Below, piece after piece: positions 62,036-64,000 of a stretch of 64,000 nucleotides of DNA. The stretch spans positions 31,825-95,824 of the forward strand of contig CABZUW010000003.1 in the NCBI GenBank assembly GCA_902529105.1, in the 5' to 3' direction. The translations under genes and the position numbers were made by a program. Under the pieces are notes generated by a model. It made no database searches and had not been told where the DNA came from. It saw nothing but the letters and a program-made list of their open reading frames with translations. Positions within the stretch are counted from its first letter, which is position 1. Each line of letters begins with the position of its first letter. Source of the DNA: an uncultured Pelagibacteraceae bacterium (GTDB lineage: Bacteria; Pseudomonadota; Alphaproteobacteria; Pelagibacterales; Pelagibacteraceae).

Positions 62036-63130
62036 ATGAGTATTAGACCTTTTAGAGATATAAAAAGAAAAAAGACGAGAGAAATAAATGTCGGAGACGT
62101 AAAAATCGGTAATAATAATCCAATAAGTGTTCAATCTATGACAAATACTTTAACAACAGATATTAAATTGACTCTAAAACAAATAGAAGCTATTGCTGAG
62201 GAAGGTGCAGATTTAGTTCGTGTATCCATACCAGATGAGGACAGCGCAAAGGCCCTAAAAGAAATATCTAAACACTCCTCTATACCTATAGTTGCAGATA
62301 TTCATTACCATTATAAAAGGGCATTGGAAGCTGCTGAAAATGGTGCGAAGTGTTTAAGAATTAATCCGGGAAATATTGGAGATAAAAAAAAAATAAAAGA
62401 TGTCATTTCTGCAGCTAAAAATAATAACTGTGCTATTAGAATTGGAGTCAACGCAGGATCATTGGAGAAAGACATTCTTGATAAATATAAAGAGCCTTGT
62501 CCTGAAGCACTAGTTGATAGTGCTATTCGAAATATATCTTTTTTAGAAAATGAGGATTTTTTCAATTTCAAAATTAGTGTGAAATCCTCTGATGTTTTCC
62601 TTGCGATTGCTGCTTACAGACAACTATCTGTCAAAGTTGATTATCCACTTCATTTAGGTATAACCGAGTCTGGTAGTTTTATACCTGGTAGCGTCAAATC
62701 CTCAATTGGTATTGGTTCACTTTTGTTGGATGGAATTGGAGATACTTTGCGAGTATCACTATCAGATGATCCAGTAAAAGAAATCAAAATAGCAAACGAA
62801 ATTTTAAAATCATTAAATTTAAGAAACAAAGGAGTGAAAATTATTTCCTGCCCCTCATGTGCTAGACAGGGTTTTGATGTAATTAATACGGTAAAAATAT
62901 TAGAGAAAAAACTATCACATATTAAAACACCAATTACATTGTCTATAATTGGTTGTGTTGTTAATGGACCAGGTGAAGCCTCTCAAACTGACATAGGCAT
63001 TACTGGCGGAGGCAAGGATAGTAATATGTTATATATATCTGGTTTGCAAAACAAAAAAATATCTAATAACGAAATGGTATCTGAAATTGTAAAATTAGTT
63101 GAGAAAAAAGCAACTGAATTAAAGAAATAA
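62036..63130 (+). CDS. ispG: HMBPP synthase
   Basis: [39 protein letters not shown]. Confidence 0.97.
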   Translation: MSIRPFRDIKRKKTREINVGDVKIGNNNPISVQSMTNTLTTDIKLTLKQIEAIAEEGADLVRVSIPDEDSAKALKEISKHSSIPIVADIHYHYKRALEAAENGAKCLRINPGNIGDKKKIKDVISAAKNNNCAIRIGVNAGSLEKDILDKYKEPCPEALVDSAIRNISFLENEDFFNFKISVKSSDVFLAIAAYRQLSVKVDYPLHLGITESGSFIPGSVKSSIGIGSLLLDGIGDTLRVSLSDDPVKEIKIANEILKSLNLRNKGVKIISCPSCARQGFDVINTVKILEKKLSHIKTPITLSIIGCVVNGPGEASQTDIGITGGGKDSNMLYISGLQNKKISNNEMVSEIVKLVEKKATELKK

Positions 63131-63133
63131 ATA

Positions 63134-64000
63134 ATGATACCACAAAAAAAAATTAAAGAGATAATCTCTAAACATAAATCAATAGAGGAAAGCCTGTCTA
63201 CAGGTTCCATTGACAAAAAAGATTTTGCTAAAAAATCAAAAGAGTATTCAGATCTCAAAGAGATTATATCAAGTGCAAAAGAATATATAAAATTTGATGA
63301 TAGTAAAAAAGAATTAGAGTCGATAATAAATGATAAAAATAACGATATAGAAATAAAAGACCTTGCAAAAAAAGAATTATCAACTTTAATCGATCAGAAT
63401 CTTTTAAACGAAAAAAAACTTAAATTATTTTTGCTTCCAAAAGACGAGGCAGACTCAAAGAATGCAATTCTTGAAATTAGAGCAGGAACAGGAGGATTAG
63501 AAGCGAGCCTTTTTGCAAGTGATTTATTTAAAATGTATGAAAAAGTATGTAGCAAAAAAAAGTGGAAATTAGAGATAATAAGCATTTCAAAAAGTGAGGC
63601 CGGAGGTTTGAAAGAAGTAGTTGCCTTGATAAAAGGAATAAATATTTATTCTTTATTAAAGTATGAGAGCGGTGTTCATAGAGTACAGAGAGTACCAGAT
63701 ACTGAAACACAAGGAAGAGTTCACACATCCGCAGCAACTGTTGCAGTGTTACCCGAGGCGGAAGACTTTGATGTCAAAATTGAGGATAAAGATTTAAGAA
63801 TAGATGTTTTTAGAAGTAGTGGACCTGGAGGTCAAAGTGTAAATACCACTGATAGTGCAGTAAGAATTACTCACATACCTACGGGTATAGTAGTCAGTCA
63901 GCAAGACGAAAAATCACAAATTAGAAATAAGGAAAAAGGGCTAAAGATCCTTAGATCGAGAATTTATGAATTTGAGAGGCAAAAAAGAGAAAATGAGAGA
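63134..64000 (+). CDS. prfA: Peptide chain release factor 1 (runs off the window end)
   Basis: Hand translation from ATG 63134: [22 protein letters not shown] (PxT), GPGGQSVN. Confidence 0.96.
   Translation, partial: MIPQKKIKEIISKHKSIEESLSTGSIDKKDFAKKSKEYSDLKEIISSAKEYIKFDDSKKELESIINDKNNDIEIKDLAKKELSTLIDQNLLNEKKLKLFLLPKDEADSKNAILEIRAGTGGLEASLFASDLFKMYEKVCSKKKWKLEIISISKSEAGGLKEVVALIKGINIYSLLKYESGVHRVQRVPDTETQGRVHTSAATVAVLPEAEDFDVKIEDKDLRIDVFRSSGPGGQSVNTTDSAVRITHIPTGIVVSQQDEKSQIRNKEKGLKILRSRIYEFERQKRENER

Overview
AT-rich, very compact chromosomal segment of a streamlined marine alphaproteobacterium. Gene content and order strongly suggest SAR11/Pelagibacterales (inference). It holds about 72 mostly housekeeping CDSs, from a partial gyrB to a partial prfA, plus 3 tRNAs (Thr-GGT, Phe-GAA, His-GTG) and the SRP RNA. 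No prophage, IS or CRISPR array is visible. The main anomaly is a histone-deacetylase-family gene (12348-13315, minus strand) interrupted exactly in its RPPG|HHA active-site motif by a 44-nt, 50% GC insert. The insert contains a perfect 16-bp inverted repeat, has UAG stops in both coding frames, and is bounded by Gly codons (GGG...GGA) and a TGG direct repeat. This architecture resembles programmed translational bypassing elements (T4 gene 60, Magnusiomyces byps) or a precisely excisable mini-element; a simple pseudogene or assembly artefact cannot be excluded. Secondary signals: a His-rich leader peptide ahead of tRNA-His-hisS-hisZ-hisG, a RegA/RegR-type box by the cytochrome c gene, a stand-alone RecB-family nuclease plus ExoI where addAB usually sits, a SET plus HDAC gene pair, a divergent TrpB, and no glycine riboswitch before glcB.
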